Assembly: GCA_964016885.1 (NCBI GenBank)
Contig: OZ024741.1
Location: 177,382,001-177,446,000 of the forward strand
DNA length: 64,000 bases
From: Eledone cirrhosa
Lineage: Eukaryota
Direction: 5' to 3'
Position 1 is the stretch's first letter; the number at the start of each line of letters is the position of its first letter. The notes under the pieces are model-generated. The model was not told the DNA's origin. It was given only the letters and a program-made list of their open reading frames with translations, and searched no databases. Below, piece after piece: positions 12,638 to 26,750 of this stretch. The position numbers were made by a program, and so were the translations under genes.

Positions 12638-13480
12638 ATAAATCATGTCTTTAGAATTATTAGATAAAATATATACCATTTCCTCTCCCAATCACCATAA
12701 TTAACCATATAAAGGATATATTAGACCAAGCTATAAGAATAAAGGCTATTATGAAGAAATCTCCGACAACTAACCGAGAGTGGCCTCTTCGCGGTGGCCC
12801 CAATAGAGTATGTATCCAACATTTAATAATCTCCCGTTAGGTTGAGATACAATTTGGCGATATTTGGCTGCGCTTTCTAGCAGCAAGCCTACCCGCCGTA
12901 AGCAACGAATCACATTCTTTCTAACTTGACCACTGCCACATTGCGGTTCTTAGCCATTTTTTAATCTAATTTTGGCGCGATCACTTTGGAAAACTAAGTG
13001 TCTAATTTTGAGTTTGTCACCTGATGAATCCGAACTATGGGCATTTCCTATTAATTGGATGTCTAAAAATAAGGATGAAACCGTGGTAGAGATATAATTA
13101 CGGTATGTACACATTTCTTCTAAGTTTGAATTTACACCTAATTGTGTATGGTTGATGGTATATTTAGTCAGTTTCTACATGCTGTCGAAATGTTGAATAA
13201 ATACTCTATTGGGGCCACCGCGAAGAGGCCACTTTCGGTTATTTTTCGGAGATTTCTTCATAAGAGCCTTTATTCTTATAGCTTGGTCTAATTTATTTTT
13301 TATATGGTTAATTATGCTGATTGGGAGAGGAAATGTTATATATTTTATCTAATAATTCTAAAGACATGATTTATGATATATTGCTCTGATTATTTAATTT
13401 ATTAATTCTTCATAGAGCCACACAGTGACCGGTTGCAACATATATATCTATAACCTTATGTATATGTAACCTTTATATTT
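12638..13480 (+). mobile_element. Fold-back element family B (diverged minus copy 14770-15205)
   Basis: Arms ~12638-12823 and ~13187-13373 are inverted; right arm extended; (TA)n on both flanks. Confidence 0.85.
13015..13094 (+). ncRNA. Type I hammerhead ribozyme, family B
   Basis: tgtcac-CTGATGA-atcc...ggat-GAAA-ccgtgg-TA-gagata; stem I imperfect. Confidence 0.65.
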
Positions 13481-13494
13481 TATATATATATATA

Positions 13495-14095
13495 TATGAG
13501 AAAAAATGGAGAGCTGCGTGTTTGCAAATGGGTTACATATGAATAGAATTAGTCCTTCATCAGTGATATTCCAACTTTCATTGGTATTTCATCGCTTTAA
13601 AAATCATATACCTCTAGTTGGTGCGAACAACAACTCAATAAAGTTATTGGGACAGGGACAAGTAAAATAGGGTGAAACAAGCGAGGCATGTAAAGAAACA
13701 ACGATGGTATTGCAAGGGAAAGATAGGAAAAAACAAGTGCATGATATCTGTAAGCTTAAACTTGGTGAATTCGTGAACGAGAAATACAGACCATCCGACA
13801 TGAGTGAGATGTGAGCGAGAAAAGGATTTCACACAGGTCAAACGGAAGGAAGTGAGAGAGGGGAGAAGCAGAGAGTGAGTGAGTGAAAGTGTGAGGAAGG
13901 GACCAGCCGAGAGAGAGTGTGACGGACAGAGGGGGTAAAAAGAAAGGTGAGAGCTACAGAGAGAGGGAAAGCAGTAAGAAAGAAACATACAATTGCAGCC
14001 GAGGAAAAAATATAAATATGAGAAAAATGGAGAACTGCGTGGTCGCAAATGGGTTACATATGAATAAAATTAGTCCTTCATCAGTGATCTTTCAA
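13495..14095 (-). repeat. Non-coding element with ~80-bp terminal direct repeats (homologue at 33060-33645, opposite strand)
   Basis: 13495-13575 matches 14016-14095; minus-strand CTGATGA in each repeat but no complete fold seen. Confidence 0.7.
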
Positions 14096-14111
14096 ATATA
14101 TATATATATAT

Positions 14112-14410
<299 letters not shown>

Positions 14411-14739
14411 TACACCGATTGAACCAGGGCTAAACTTATATGTATAGATGCTGGGTCTGTTATGTATATATGCTGGCTCCGTTAACTCCTTATTAGTAGC
14501 TGATGTAGTCACAAGCGCCAATTATACATTGTTGCATGATAGATGCAAACAGAGGGTGCAGTGCACCCTACTGCTGCATTAAGTGTGGCCAAAACTCGAG
14601 CCTGAGAACAACTATAGGCACCCGTTTACGTGTGTTGTATTGAAGCAAATAACTGTGTATAATCTGGGAATGTATTCTACATTACCTATGGAGTACGCTG
14701 GTACTGGCATTGATAAATATGCTGGGTCCGTCAACTCCT

Positions 14740-14783
<44 letters not shown>

Positions 14784-15068
14784 TAAATTATGTCTATAGT
14801 TTCATTTGATAAAATATATACACTATTTTCTCTCCCAATTAGCATAATTAACCACATAAAAAATAAATAAGACCAGGCTATAAGAATAAAGGCTCCTATG
14901 ATGAAATATTTGATAAATAAACGACACCAGCCTCTTCGCGGCCGACCGCAATAGAATTTTACCCAACATTTCAACAGCATGTAGAAATCGACTAAATATA
15001 CCGTCAACCATACACAATTTGGTATAAATTTAAAGTTAGAAGAAATGCGTACACTCTTACCGTGATTA

Positions 15069-15148
15069 TGTCCCTACCCTGGATTTCATTCGAGTTTTGA
15101 GATATCCTATTAAGGATAAATCTCGAGTACCGAACTCATCAGGAGACA
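15069..15148 (-). ncRNA. Type I hammerhead ribozyme, family B variant
   Basis: Minus: tgtctc-CTGATGA-gttcg...cgaat-GAAA-tccaggg-TA-gggaca; stem II covaries with 13015-13094. Confidence 0.72.
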
Positions 15149-15263
15149 AATTCATAGGACAGTTAATTTTCCAAAGCGATCCCCGCCAGAAATAGATTAA
15201 AGAATGTGTATCTATATATATATATATATACGTTATTCCGGGTTGAATCGGAGGTAACCACAG

Positions 15264-15312
15264 GATTCCTGATGATTTCTAATGAATGAAACAGTTCTAG
15301 TCCTGTAGAATC
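15264..15312 (+). ncRNA. Type I hammerhead ribozyme, family C
   Basis: gattc-CTGATGA-tttc taat gaat-GAAA-cag ttctagtc ctg-TA-gaatc in a ~100-bp island between (TA)n. Confidence 0.8.
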
Positions 15313-15690
15313 TCATCTATATTAAAACTATATATATATATATATATATAACGTGTGCTAATAACTCTAAACCGAACACCTCACCTGGGCTCGTTGCTCT
15401 ACCTTCTACGGATACAAAATGCTATCTGAGAATTGTATAGATTATATCGCGATACGAGACAGTTCAGGATAATTTTGAACTTTTCTGCATTTATCGCTGT
15501 TCTGGTATATATATATATATATGCTCATTCCCTTCGATCGTTTTTCTTGGCGTCACACATTTTACCTCATATATTTACTCTGGACAATAATGTATTAACT
15601 TCTCACTTAATTCAGCGCTCTTTAATTACCTCAAATAACTCGAATAGTACCTACCTGTTATATGGCAGCTATATCTGCGATCTATACCCA

Positions 15691-15723
<33 letters not shown>

Positions 15724-15736
15724 CAATATATATATA

Positions 15737-15813
<77 letters not shown>

Positions 15814-16592
15814 TGTGTGTGTGTGTTTAATGATAATGTAGGTTGTGATAAGAATTAACTGAATATTGATATATGCATTTATTGCAATATGTGAATCGAG
15901 TTTGGTTATATGAATATCTGTTTATTAAATTTACACTGGTCAATGTAAGAACTCATTAATGAAATGATATTATAGATGGTGAGTGAAGGAGAGACCTACG
16001 ACTCACATTATGAAGTGAAATTACTAGATATATCTATAAGATATCAACATACTGCTTCATAGCTCCTTTATCTATATCTCATCACTAAAACGCTATCACC
16101 TTCTCATGAAGTTTAGTCTTAATCTGTGCTGATTCAAAATATGATTATATTGTTTATTATATTGTTGATTATATTGTTTATCCAGTGAACCCATATCTAC
16201 AATAGCCAAAATTTACTTTACTCTGATAATACGATATGAGATTTTGAGACAGAATGACCTAATCATTAAACGATTTGTATCTTAATCATTGTATCTTGGT
16301 TTCGATACTACTACATGGCAGAGAGCGAAAGAGAGCTTCAGACAGAAATATGAACTTTCCTCTCTAAATATGTATGTAAAAACTAAAATTTCTTCTTCTT
16401 CATTTTATTATTATTCGTATAAATATACAATTTAACTGCACTTATCACTTCAGCCGTTGAAAACGCATTACAATGGTGAAACCGGTACCACGATTAAATG
16501 CGGAAATCCCCACTTTATATATAAATGTTTTGATATTAAACTGAAGAAATCCCTCCAGCATTTTCTACTGTATTTTTACCTTTTCACTAGTT

Positions 16593-16634
<42 letters not shown>

Positions 16635-16640
16635 ATGTGT

Positions 16641-16685
<45 letters not shown>

Positions 16686-16959
16686 TGTGCGTGTGTGTGT
16701 TATTTATATGTTATATATATATATGTTATTTTTCTCTAAAACCCTTTTTCCAATTCCACCCCACCAGTCTCTTCAATCGTTTTAATTTCTCATTATTTCT
16801 TCTGATGAAGTACTGATAAAGTACTAACGTCCGAAACGTTAAGACCCTCCTCCTGCTATTTCAAGTGCTAACCTAATACATACTGTACCCATTTTGTTAA
16901 TACTATTTACCTTTTACACACACACACACACACATACACACATACACACACACACACAA

Positions 16960-17053
<94 letters not shown>

Positions 17054-17928
17054 GAGTTAAAAAAGATTCAATGAGTACATCAAAAAATGATTTTTACAGT
17101 AGATTGGAAGCACTATACAATAAAAAAAAGGTTTCCAGAGTTATTAATATTAAAATATAAATATTAATAAAATAGATGTTCTTTTGATCAATTAAATGTT
17201 ATTATACATATTCCAGACAAAATATAATGATATATGACATACCCTGAGATGTTAAATGGTCAAGATTTAATCAAGGTAGTGATTAAGTTATGAGAAAACT
17301 CAACATGTATACCCTAATAATGAGAAAATGCGAAACGTAATAGAATCAATAGAGAAGGTATGAGTAAGAACACGTTGCTTTAATGTAACAGTTATACAGA
17401 TTTTAAAATGTGGGATACTACAAATTAGGATCATAGAGGAAGACGTGTCTGGTGTTATAATTGTATTACAGTTTATGAAAACTACCGATAGATAATGAAA
17501 GACAGGGAGAGATAAAGGGGAGTAATTTGTGCAAAAAAATATTTTTCCACATATGTACTTAGCGGTTAAATTTCAAAATATTTAATTTATGTTATTTTAG
17601 GGTGACGAATCAAAATTTTATGTTTTAAAAGTTGATGGTTATTTATATTAATTTTATAAATTTTATAAAATCTTTTTAAAATGTTACATTTCTAAAATTC
17701 TGAATTTTATGAAAACAAAATTTAAAAGGATTTACTAGGCCCGCAAAAGAAAAGTATACACTGTTGGTTATTTTTTACCTAAATGTAATCACTAACAAAA
17801 TTACGTATAACAGTGTCAACATTTTGGGTATGTAAAATTTAAGAAGTACTTACTGTTACAAATATCTAAGAATTTATAGTCAAGTAGATACATTGTCAAA
17901 ATATAATGATTAACGCAGAGTTGTTAGC

Positions 17929-18001
<73 letters not shown>

Positions 18002-18401
18002 ATTTATCGTAACAAATTAATATTTATTATATTATATTCCTATACTAGTTCTACCTTTAAGGGAAGAATGAACTCTAAATAATGATTATGTTATTGTACA
18101 ATATAAACATATTTGCAAAAAATTAGGTATAGAGAGATATACTAAGTATTAATGAGACAGTATACTTTTGTTAAATGATAACGATTATAATCTTAGATAA
18201 TAGATTCAAACATGCATAAGTTAAATAGATACATATTTATAAAAGAGTGTAAACGCATGAATGATTCACAGTTCAAAATAAGGTCCGTAAAAATGTACAG
18301 GTTCGATATTTGAACTATATTTAAAACATAGATAGAAAAATTAAAAATAGAGAAATAATGGTATGGATCAAAGTTAATAATATTCAAAAAACTATATGTT
18401 A

Positions 18402-20345
18402 TGTATATCAACGTGCCAGCATGTTATTAAACAAGTGTCATTCATTCAAACGTTATTTCCTTTAGAGATGGTTATAAAATAAAGCAATATTAAAGGCCAT
18501 TAACGTTTTCAACTGTTGATTATGTACGTCTAAAAACCAAGTTGGGTTGTTTACTGTTTTTTCCTGGTCTTAATCGAATATTGGAGTAATCAGTAAAAAC
18601 ATCATCGATAGAATCTTACCCGCTCTTAAATTGAGATCTAATTTGAGCTTGTGGAAAGATACAAACGAAGTCATAGAATGGTACAAGAATATAGATGATA
18701 AGAAAAACCATAAATTCATCCAGATGGACATAACAAACTACTATTCTTCCATAACACCTAACCTACTAAAGAAGGCTCTATCTTACGCTTATAAGCATAC
18801 TGATATAAGCACGGGAGAAATTGATATCATACTAACAGCCAGAAGAACTCTTATTAACTTCAACAAGGAATATTGGACGCGCTCAGATAGAAATAGAAAC
18901 TTTGATATTACTATGGGGGCATCAGATTCTGCACAAATCACAGATCTTCTGGGAAATTTCATATTAAATATGATAAATAGAAAACTGCCGGACATTACCG
19001 GTGGTTTATATAGGGACGACATTTTATTTACGGTGGTCAAACACAACAATATTGAACTAAATAGAGTAAAGAAAAGTATAATAGAATTCTTTAAAATGTA
19101 TGACCTTAAGTTAGAAGTAGAAAATGGTACCAAAATAGTTAATTTCCTAGACATTACGTTTAATTTAAACTCTGGCTTTTATTACCTTTTTCACAAGCCC
19201 ATTGAAAACTTAAACTATGTTAGTAACCATTCCAATCACCCTAAATCTGTAAAAAAAGCTATAGTTAATAGTGTGCAAAAACGCATTAATAGAATATCAG
19301 CCAATAAAGCAATATTTGATGATAATGCAGCATACTACAATGATGCGTTAAAAAGAGCAGGATATGAAAATAATATAGAATATGTATATAATAATAATCC
19401 AAGTTTTAATTCTGATAAAAATAATGGCATACATAAACGAAACTCTAATATTTATAATTCAGACATCAATACGCCAAACAAATTGAGGAAAAGAACTAGA
19501 ACTAAATCAGTCATACGGTTTGCCCCATGCTTCGGTAGCAGTTAGAACACCAATTGCAAAATTATTCTTTAATGCTTTGGACACCTCTTTCCCTACTCAA
19601 CACAAATACCATTCCATTTTTAATAGACACACTATTAAATTATCTTATTCTACATCTATGAATATGGCCCAAAACATTGCTAAATTAAACACTAAAATTC
19701 TAAAGCAGAATCAGCATAATGATCTTAATAATAGTGTTAACATAAATGATAATAAACCATAATGTAATTGTAGAAATAAAATTGATTGCCCTTGGCAAAA
19801 TAATTGTTTGGATAGGAATTTGGTGTATAAAGGCACCGTAAAAACTGTTTACAACACATACAACTACATAGGATCGACTTCTTCTACATTTAAAGCTAGA
19901 TTTGCGAATCATAAATGCTCATTTTCGAACTCCAAGAGGAAATTAGCCACTTCTTTATCACAGCTTATATGGTCATTAAAATTTAAAATACTCCATTTTT
20001 TGGACGAAACTTCGTAATAATGGTGTTTACCCCAACTCAAATATATCAAGTAACTGCGCGCTTTGTACAATGGATACACGTTTGATTATTAATAATTATG
20101 AGACCTTAATTAACAAAAAAGTGAATTATTCTCTAACTGCATTCATAAAGCCTTGTCTACATTACAAGCCTCCCATAAGACCAACAAAAAACAGTAAGCA
20201 ACCAAATTTTGTTTTTAGACGTACATAATCAACAGTTGAAAACCTTAACGGCCTTTAATATTGCTTTATTTTATAACCATCTATAAAGGAAATAACGTTT
20301 GAATGAATGACACTTGTTTAATAACATGCTAGCACGTTGATATAC
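18402..20345 (+). mobile_element. 5'-truncated Penelope-like element with inverted terminal repeat (~135 bp)
   Basis: 18402-18540 is the reverse complement of ~20209-20345; encloses RT and GIY-YIG (CNCRNKIDCP..CLDRNLVYKGTV..YIGSTSSTFKARFANHKCSF). Confidence 0.92.
18631..19545 (+). pseudogene. PLE reverse transcriptase fragment (frameshifted into GIY-YIG at 19760-20130)
   Basis: FIQMDITNYYSSI, ITMGASDSAQITDL, GGLYRDD, VNFLDITF, YVSNHSNHP motifs typical of PLE RT. Confidence 0.9.
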
Positions 20346-21392
20346 GTCCCAAACCAATGGCCATTTCTCACATATTTCGAGAATACCATTCTAGTGGGTT
20401 TTTACATATATTCTTGAAATGTGCCATAAAAAGGAAAGAAAGGAAACTAAGCTGTTGAGCTTCTTAATGTTGATATTTAGGCTTATTAGATTGCTTTGAT
20501 ATAATGTATATGAACATAGATATGGGTGATGTGAAACAAATGTTGTTTTCATTTTTTCAGGTAACTCTTGATTATCCACTCTCTTGTTTTTGCCTGCACA
20601 ATGCTTGATATAAGCTAGATATCAAATACCGTCGTGCTTGTTATTCATGCCTGAGCCTTGCTGAATATATTTTTTTAAGACATTCGCACTTTGATTTGTC
20701 TGTTTCCCAAAACAGTGTGATAAATCTCCCTAAGGCTGGATCATGTTCTGAAAGCTTATAATTACCACAATTAAGACACGGAAAGGATATCTCAAATTTC
20801 ATTTGAAATTTGAGATGTACTTACATGAAAATCAAATATTGTCTGTTTATGTTGTCTTAAACATGATATGTATATATATATATATATATACAAATATAAA
20901 TTAGCGAGAATCGTTTTCAGCTCAGGAATTAACGAAAATCAACGTCCGATATGTGTGGCAAGCGCTCGATGATTCATGTGAATCAGAGCTACAACATACG
21001 TTAATGGCCAAACACGCTGAGAAGATGGTTAAACATATCATCCTCACAGCCAAAACAAACGACCAAGTAATTCGGGTCAAACAATAAAAATATGTGTTGA
21101 TACTTTCCCGGACCCTGGACTGATGGTAAAATCCAGTATTGGTTTCTGCGACTCCAAAATCAGGTACTCTCTGCCTACATAAAGCATGTTGGGCTTCTGG
21201 TGAGATGATGAACAAGGAAGTCGTGTTATCAACGGGTTTAGCTCCAAAATGCTATAGATAGTGTGGCTATTACTTACCCCACGTGGGTTTCAGCAAGGGA
21301 GGCAACACCTCTATTAGGCGAATGATTCAGTTGCGTATAATATTGCGAGAATGCCAAATATCACAAATCGAATAAAGCTCTCGACAGAATGG

Positions 21393-21446
<54 letters not shown>

Positions 21447-21451
<5 letters not shown>

Positions 21452-21645
21452 AACCAGTAAGACCCCGACAGCTGAGCTCAAGCCGTTTCGACGGCTAATT
21501 CTGGACTTAGTCCAGAATTAGCCGTCGAAACGGCTTGAGCTCAGCTGTCGGGGTCTTACTGGTTCCTATTACCCACTCTACTACCTCAAGTATTGAGTAC
21601 TTTGGTGCGTTATGGTCCACCTGGTTCCTTACCACATTTCCTTCG

Positions 21646-21648
<3 letters not shown>
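21447..21648 (+). mobile_element. Fold-back mini-element family D (copies 32337-32512, 37606-37740 minus, 41507-41682, 63222-63340)
   Basis: Perfect 61-bp-arm palindrome 21447-21569 (1-nt spacer) plus ~80-bp tail ending ccttcgtta(TA)n. Confidence 0.92.
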
Positions 21649-21703
<55 letters not shown>

Positions 21704-21704
21704 G

Positions 21705-21777
<73 letters not shown>

Positions 21778-21782
<5 letters not shown>

Positions 21783-22325
21783 TAAAAGATTAAAGTTTAA
21801 GCAAAAAATCGCTGCTTTCACACTTAACGGGATCTTCTGAAACTAAAAATATCAATATGTGAACCGAGAAGTAAATATTTCGAAAAACATTGCAACCGAA
21901 GGAAGACAGGAAGACGATACTTTGGTTCCTGGAAACGTTCCCTGACAAAGAACAGAAAAAAGCGAAGATAATACGTCATTATTTGGAGCGGTGAAAACAA
22001 TTACACGCAAAGACAAAACCACATTTATGGTATAAATGAAGTCGCAGACTAATATTCTATTTAGGAAAACGAATGATTCTCAGCTTCAGAGTTAAGAATA
22101 ATGTAAATAAATTAAAGAGGTAATTGAAATCAACACAAATTAAATATATACATGCACACATCCATATACGTACATATACATGCATACGCAAAAACACCCG
22201 CCATGGGTATGCAAATACAAGGAGGTAGACAAAAGCACGCACGCACATACAGAACCCATGCAACGCCTGTACCCGCACACATACGAACGTATACAGCTAA
22301 TACACAAACATATATATATAAAAGA

Positions 22326-22365
<40 letters not shown>

Positions 22366-22730
22366 CTGTGTGTGTGTGTGTGTGTCGACATATACTTATA
22401 TAAACGTATAAAAATATACACACATAAATACGTATATAGCGCACGCACACACATAACTACAAGTAAATACCCATATGTTCGCTAAAGGTACGTCACCCAG
22501 AACACAAGTACACATATACACACACCCGACATACGTGCGAACCCGCATACTCACACAGACGCAAAACACACGTATACACATAACCATATGCACATGTACC
22601 AGTATATATAATATAATATATGCGCCTATAACATATACAAGCAAATATACGTACCTTCACAAAACATACAGGTAATATATACTTACCTATACAAATAAGT
22701 AATAGTATAAACATAACATATACTTAGCTA
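21778..22730 (+). repeat. Non-coding interspersed repeat family E (inverted copy ~40620-41425; start also at 29443)
   Basis: Long similarity, e.g. gaaggaagacaggaagacgatactttggttc vs the reverse complement at 41280-41310; starts at a (TA)n edge. Confidence 0.75.
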
Positions 22731-23021
22731 CAACATCATGAGGTAAATTATCCGCGTGTAGTTCGTACTATCTGTTAGGGTATAATGTTGGACTGTAATA
22801 CAGGAAGGTTTTGTGCAATTTATTTTGTGCGTCAGATTTTTTGTTTAAGATGTGGTCTTTGGCCTAGAGTATTTCCAGGACTACAGCGGCGCAGAGGTCA
22901 CATGGTCTTTTATTTCCATTATAAGATCTAGCCTGATCTAGGAGCTCCCAGTGTAACTTATATTGGATGTGGTTGTCTTTTAGAGCTCTCTTTGGATATT
23001 AGTCTTCAAAATTATTATTAT

Positions 23022-23092
<71 letters not shown>

Positions 23093-23093
<1 letters not shown>

Positions 23094-23977
23094 ACGAGGT
23101 GTGTCAGAAAAATTCCTAGGACTGATGTCACAAAAGATTTATTTCAAACCCAAACTTCACACTAAGAGTTTTCTCCTTCAAACTTCAAAGTAATCCCCCT
23201 GGAGTATGTAAATATAATCTTACCTCTCTGCAGCGATCAACATTTTTTCTTCATAATTTTATATACATGTTCTCTGTTTCAGGTCGTCAAGCAATGAGCA
23301 CAGAGCAAAGAACAAACTTGAATTTTCTGGTACGGTTGGGGAAAACTCCATCAGAAGCACTGGGATTGCTGCAGCAAGTGTATGGAGATGAGATGATGTC
23401 ACGCTCACGTGTTTTTGAGTGGTGCAATAGGTTTAAAGAAGGACGCGAGGACGTGGAAGATGACCCCAGGAGCGGAAGGCAGATGGTGCGTAGTGATCGT
23501 CGGCTGACTGTTCGACTGACGGCAAAAGAGCTGGGCATGAGTTGGGACAGCGTCTGGAAGATTCTCACTGAAGAGTTGGACATGCGGAAAGTCTGCGCGA
23601 AGATGGTGCCAAAACTGGTGAACGATGACCAGAAGGGTCGGCGCATGCAAGTGTGCCAGTACATCCTCGAGCGTCTCGAAACCGAACCAGACTTGCTAGG
23701 GACAGTCATCACCAGTGATGAGTCATGGAACTACGAGTACGACCCGGAGGGCACCCGTTTTGAAAACGTGGACGACATCAAAAAGGCGGTGACGACGGAA
23801 CTGCGGAGGATCCCGGAAGAATCCTTCCAGGAGTGCATGCAAGCGTGGCAGGAAAAGATGGAATCGTGCATTAGACTCCAGGGGGATTACTTTGAAGGAG
23901 AAAACTCTTAGTGTAAAGTTTGGGTTTGAAAGAAATATTTTGTGACATCAGTCGTGGAACTTTCCTGACTCACCTCG

Positions 23978-23979
<2 letters not shown>
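23093..23979 (+). mobile_element. Mariner (irritans-like TACGAGG ends), internally deleted, ~110-bp TIRs, TA target
   Basis: TACGAGGTG...CACCTCGTA ends in (TA)n; 23093-23204 is inverted at ~23874-23979. Confidence 0.93.
23267..23911 (+). pseudogene. Mariner transposase with in-frame deletions (HTH intact, most of DD34D core lost)
   Basis: EQRTNLNFLVRLGK..VFEW..FKEGREDVEDDPRSGR, KMVPK, ITSDESW then a jump to GTRFENVDDIK..QGDYFEG. Confidence 0.88.
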
Positions 23980-24014
<35 letters not shown>

Positions 24015-24062
24015 AAATATATATATATATATATTTATACATATATATACATACACAGACAC

Positions 24063-24094
<32 letters not shown>

Positions 24095-24130
24095 TTATAT
24101 ATGCATATAATATATATATATATATATATA

Positions 24131-24195
<65 letters not shown>

Positions 24196-24592
24196 GAACG
24201 GTCTTTCGTACGATCGTGGAACGAATATAAACGTTTTGCTCTCCCCAAAACTTTGATTCCTTTCAGGATAATTCTGCAGCGAGCGCAAATAAAATAGCGC
24301 TACCCCGGGAACACACGAGAAAATCTTTCAGATCAAATGATAACTGAGTTTGAAGCATTTTACGCCAAGAAAGGCCTTGCACTTTATCAGTTCTAGTCTC
24401 TGAACAACGGCAACTGTTATCCCAAAAGAAGGGCAAGTTACCATCACAGGCTGCTATTGAGCTGGAGGTTTTACATCAGAGTTTTCCTTCGCCTAGACTG
24501 ATGTCATAAAAAAGAACTAGGGTTCTCTCACTCACGGACACCAAATTGAATACCATCAAGTCCCTGTGCATCTCATATAGATATATACATGT

Positions 24593-24689
<97 letters not shown>

Positions 24690-25564
24690 AGAGAGATAAA
24701 GTGGGAGTGGCAGAGTTGAATATAATATTGATCGACGGATAACTGGAATCAAGAAATCTATACATTTTATACGCCTTTGACTAATTGCAGTAGTATAAAG
24801 ACCAATCATATCATCAGAAATATTAATCTATATACCACTCGTATAGAACTAAATACGGAAGAAGAAATATAATGCAGGTAATAAATTCATTTAAAGGAAG
24901 GGTTGTATAATATTACGAAAAACATATGCCTTCAAAATTCATATATACAGAACAGCATACCGTTTAAGGTAATTAAATTAAAACATCTCAACGATAGAAA
25001 AGTTTAATGGTACAGAGAAGTCTGAAAAAATGAATAGATATATAATTGTTATCGAAAAAAAGCCTTTAGTTGTATTTAAAAAAACGGCAGTGAATAACAT
25101 TTACATATTTAAATGTATGATATATCATAAACGAAATAAATCTTCGTGAATAATTAAAATAATAATTATAATAAAAGTATATCAAAATCAATATCCGTTA
25201 TAAATTACAAGTTACGATAATAAATAATACAATAAAATAACGTATATAAGAGAATAGAATATTAATAAGTCTCATTATAAGTGGTTAACCAGGAAACCTA
25301 TAAATTAGGAACATTTAAAACAAAAGTTATATACGTATATTATTGTTAAACACACGATAGGAAATTAGGAAAATAGGACCTATGTAGACTCAAATCACCC
25401 ATAAATGAAAGTATAAGGTGCTATTTAGATATAGGGATTCCTAATGTTCAATGAAGTAACATTCATTCATGATTTAACGGCTGTTTTAGCGATGAGTTTT
25501 GTCATTCATATATGTATCCAACAAAAAATACACTCTCGCTTCTTCTGCATCAGAGACAACATTG

Positions 25565-25668
<104 letters not shown>

Positions 25669-25899
25669 GTCTGTGTAACACACAGCCTGACAGCTTCAGT
25701 GTCCATGATGCTCAAACCTTTAAAAATATGTCCACATAAATTGCTCATTATTTCTTGGTGAAGCTCGAACTGTCTGTGTTGTCTGATCTTGATGAACTCT
25801 AAATTGTCTCTTTAGAAGTCATCGAGATTTGCAGATCATGTGGCATATGTGGCATCAAGAAGGTTAATCTGTTTGGTATATTATGTAGCGAGTAGAAAG

Positions 25900-26750
25900 T
25901 AGAAAGTCTCCTATTGTATGCTCTAACGTGTGATTGACGTGCAGACCCTGGCAAGCAGATGTTGCCACAAACTGTACAAGTAGAAATGGTTCCATTAATT
26001 TCACATTTACTTAGTGGTTATTTTTTCTTAGTTCTCTCTTAATATTTACTAGCAATAACATTTTTTGCTCAAAGGTTTTCCCACTAAGGTCACAGACATA
26101 GGAATAGGATAACTCTCGTATAAGTGATGCGAACACATTGATCTTACATTTCATCTCTGCTAAATTTAAGGCATTCCCTGACGTACGAAACCATACATAT
26201 GCACCCTCATTTTTTTATGGGAAGCATGATAGAGCATGGCAGCAAAAAGAGTGGGTGCATCAAGACATCTCCCTTTCATACCAGTTTCTTTTGCAAAAGG
26301 CTCAGTGAGTGAGGCCCATAGGGTAACCCTACTTTACATGTCTCTATGAAGAGCTTTAGATATATTTGCAAGTTTTGAGGATATTAAATTTTAGAGAAAA
26401 CCAATAAAAGGAATTCCTATTAACACCATCAAATGCCTTACTAATACCAACAATAATAGTAGAGCTAGGGTTTCTGTTCAGTATATAATTCCACCAGTTG
26501 TCCAACTGCAAAGATCATACCAGTAGTAAAACTTTATGCATGAAACATATCGTGACTATGATACGGCTATAGGCAAAATGGAACTGTTAAGCTGTTCTAA
26601 TAGAACTCTTTCTAGAAACAACGACAATAATCAAATGGGAAAGTTGAACAATGGAGCGTTACAGCGTGCAAATACTCTACCATTTTCTATAGAACCTCAG
26701 TATTAAGACTATCCGGGCCAAGAAATATATTGCTATATAACTTCTCTACA
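25900..26750 (-). mobile_element. Highly decayed non-LTR RT relic
   Basis: Minus-strand motif remnants in the correct order: GPDS, LPIAVS..HKVL, ISKAFDGV, VRQGMP. Confidence 0.5.

Noticed and set aside
16797-16855. CTGATGA...GAAACGTT hammerhead candidate
   Set aside because: Stem I (tctt/aaga) is possible but stem II does not close next to GAAA; at best a decayed copy, so not listed as a feature
21447-21648. MITE or pre-miRNA interpretation of the palindromes
   Set aside because: Arms are asymmetric and the inversion point varies among copies; multi-copy repeat context
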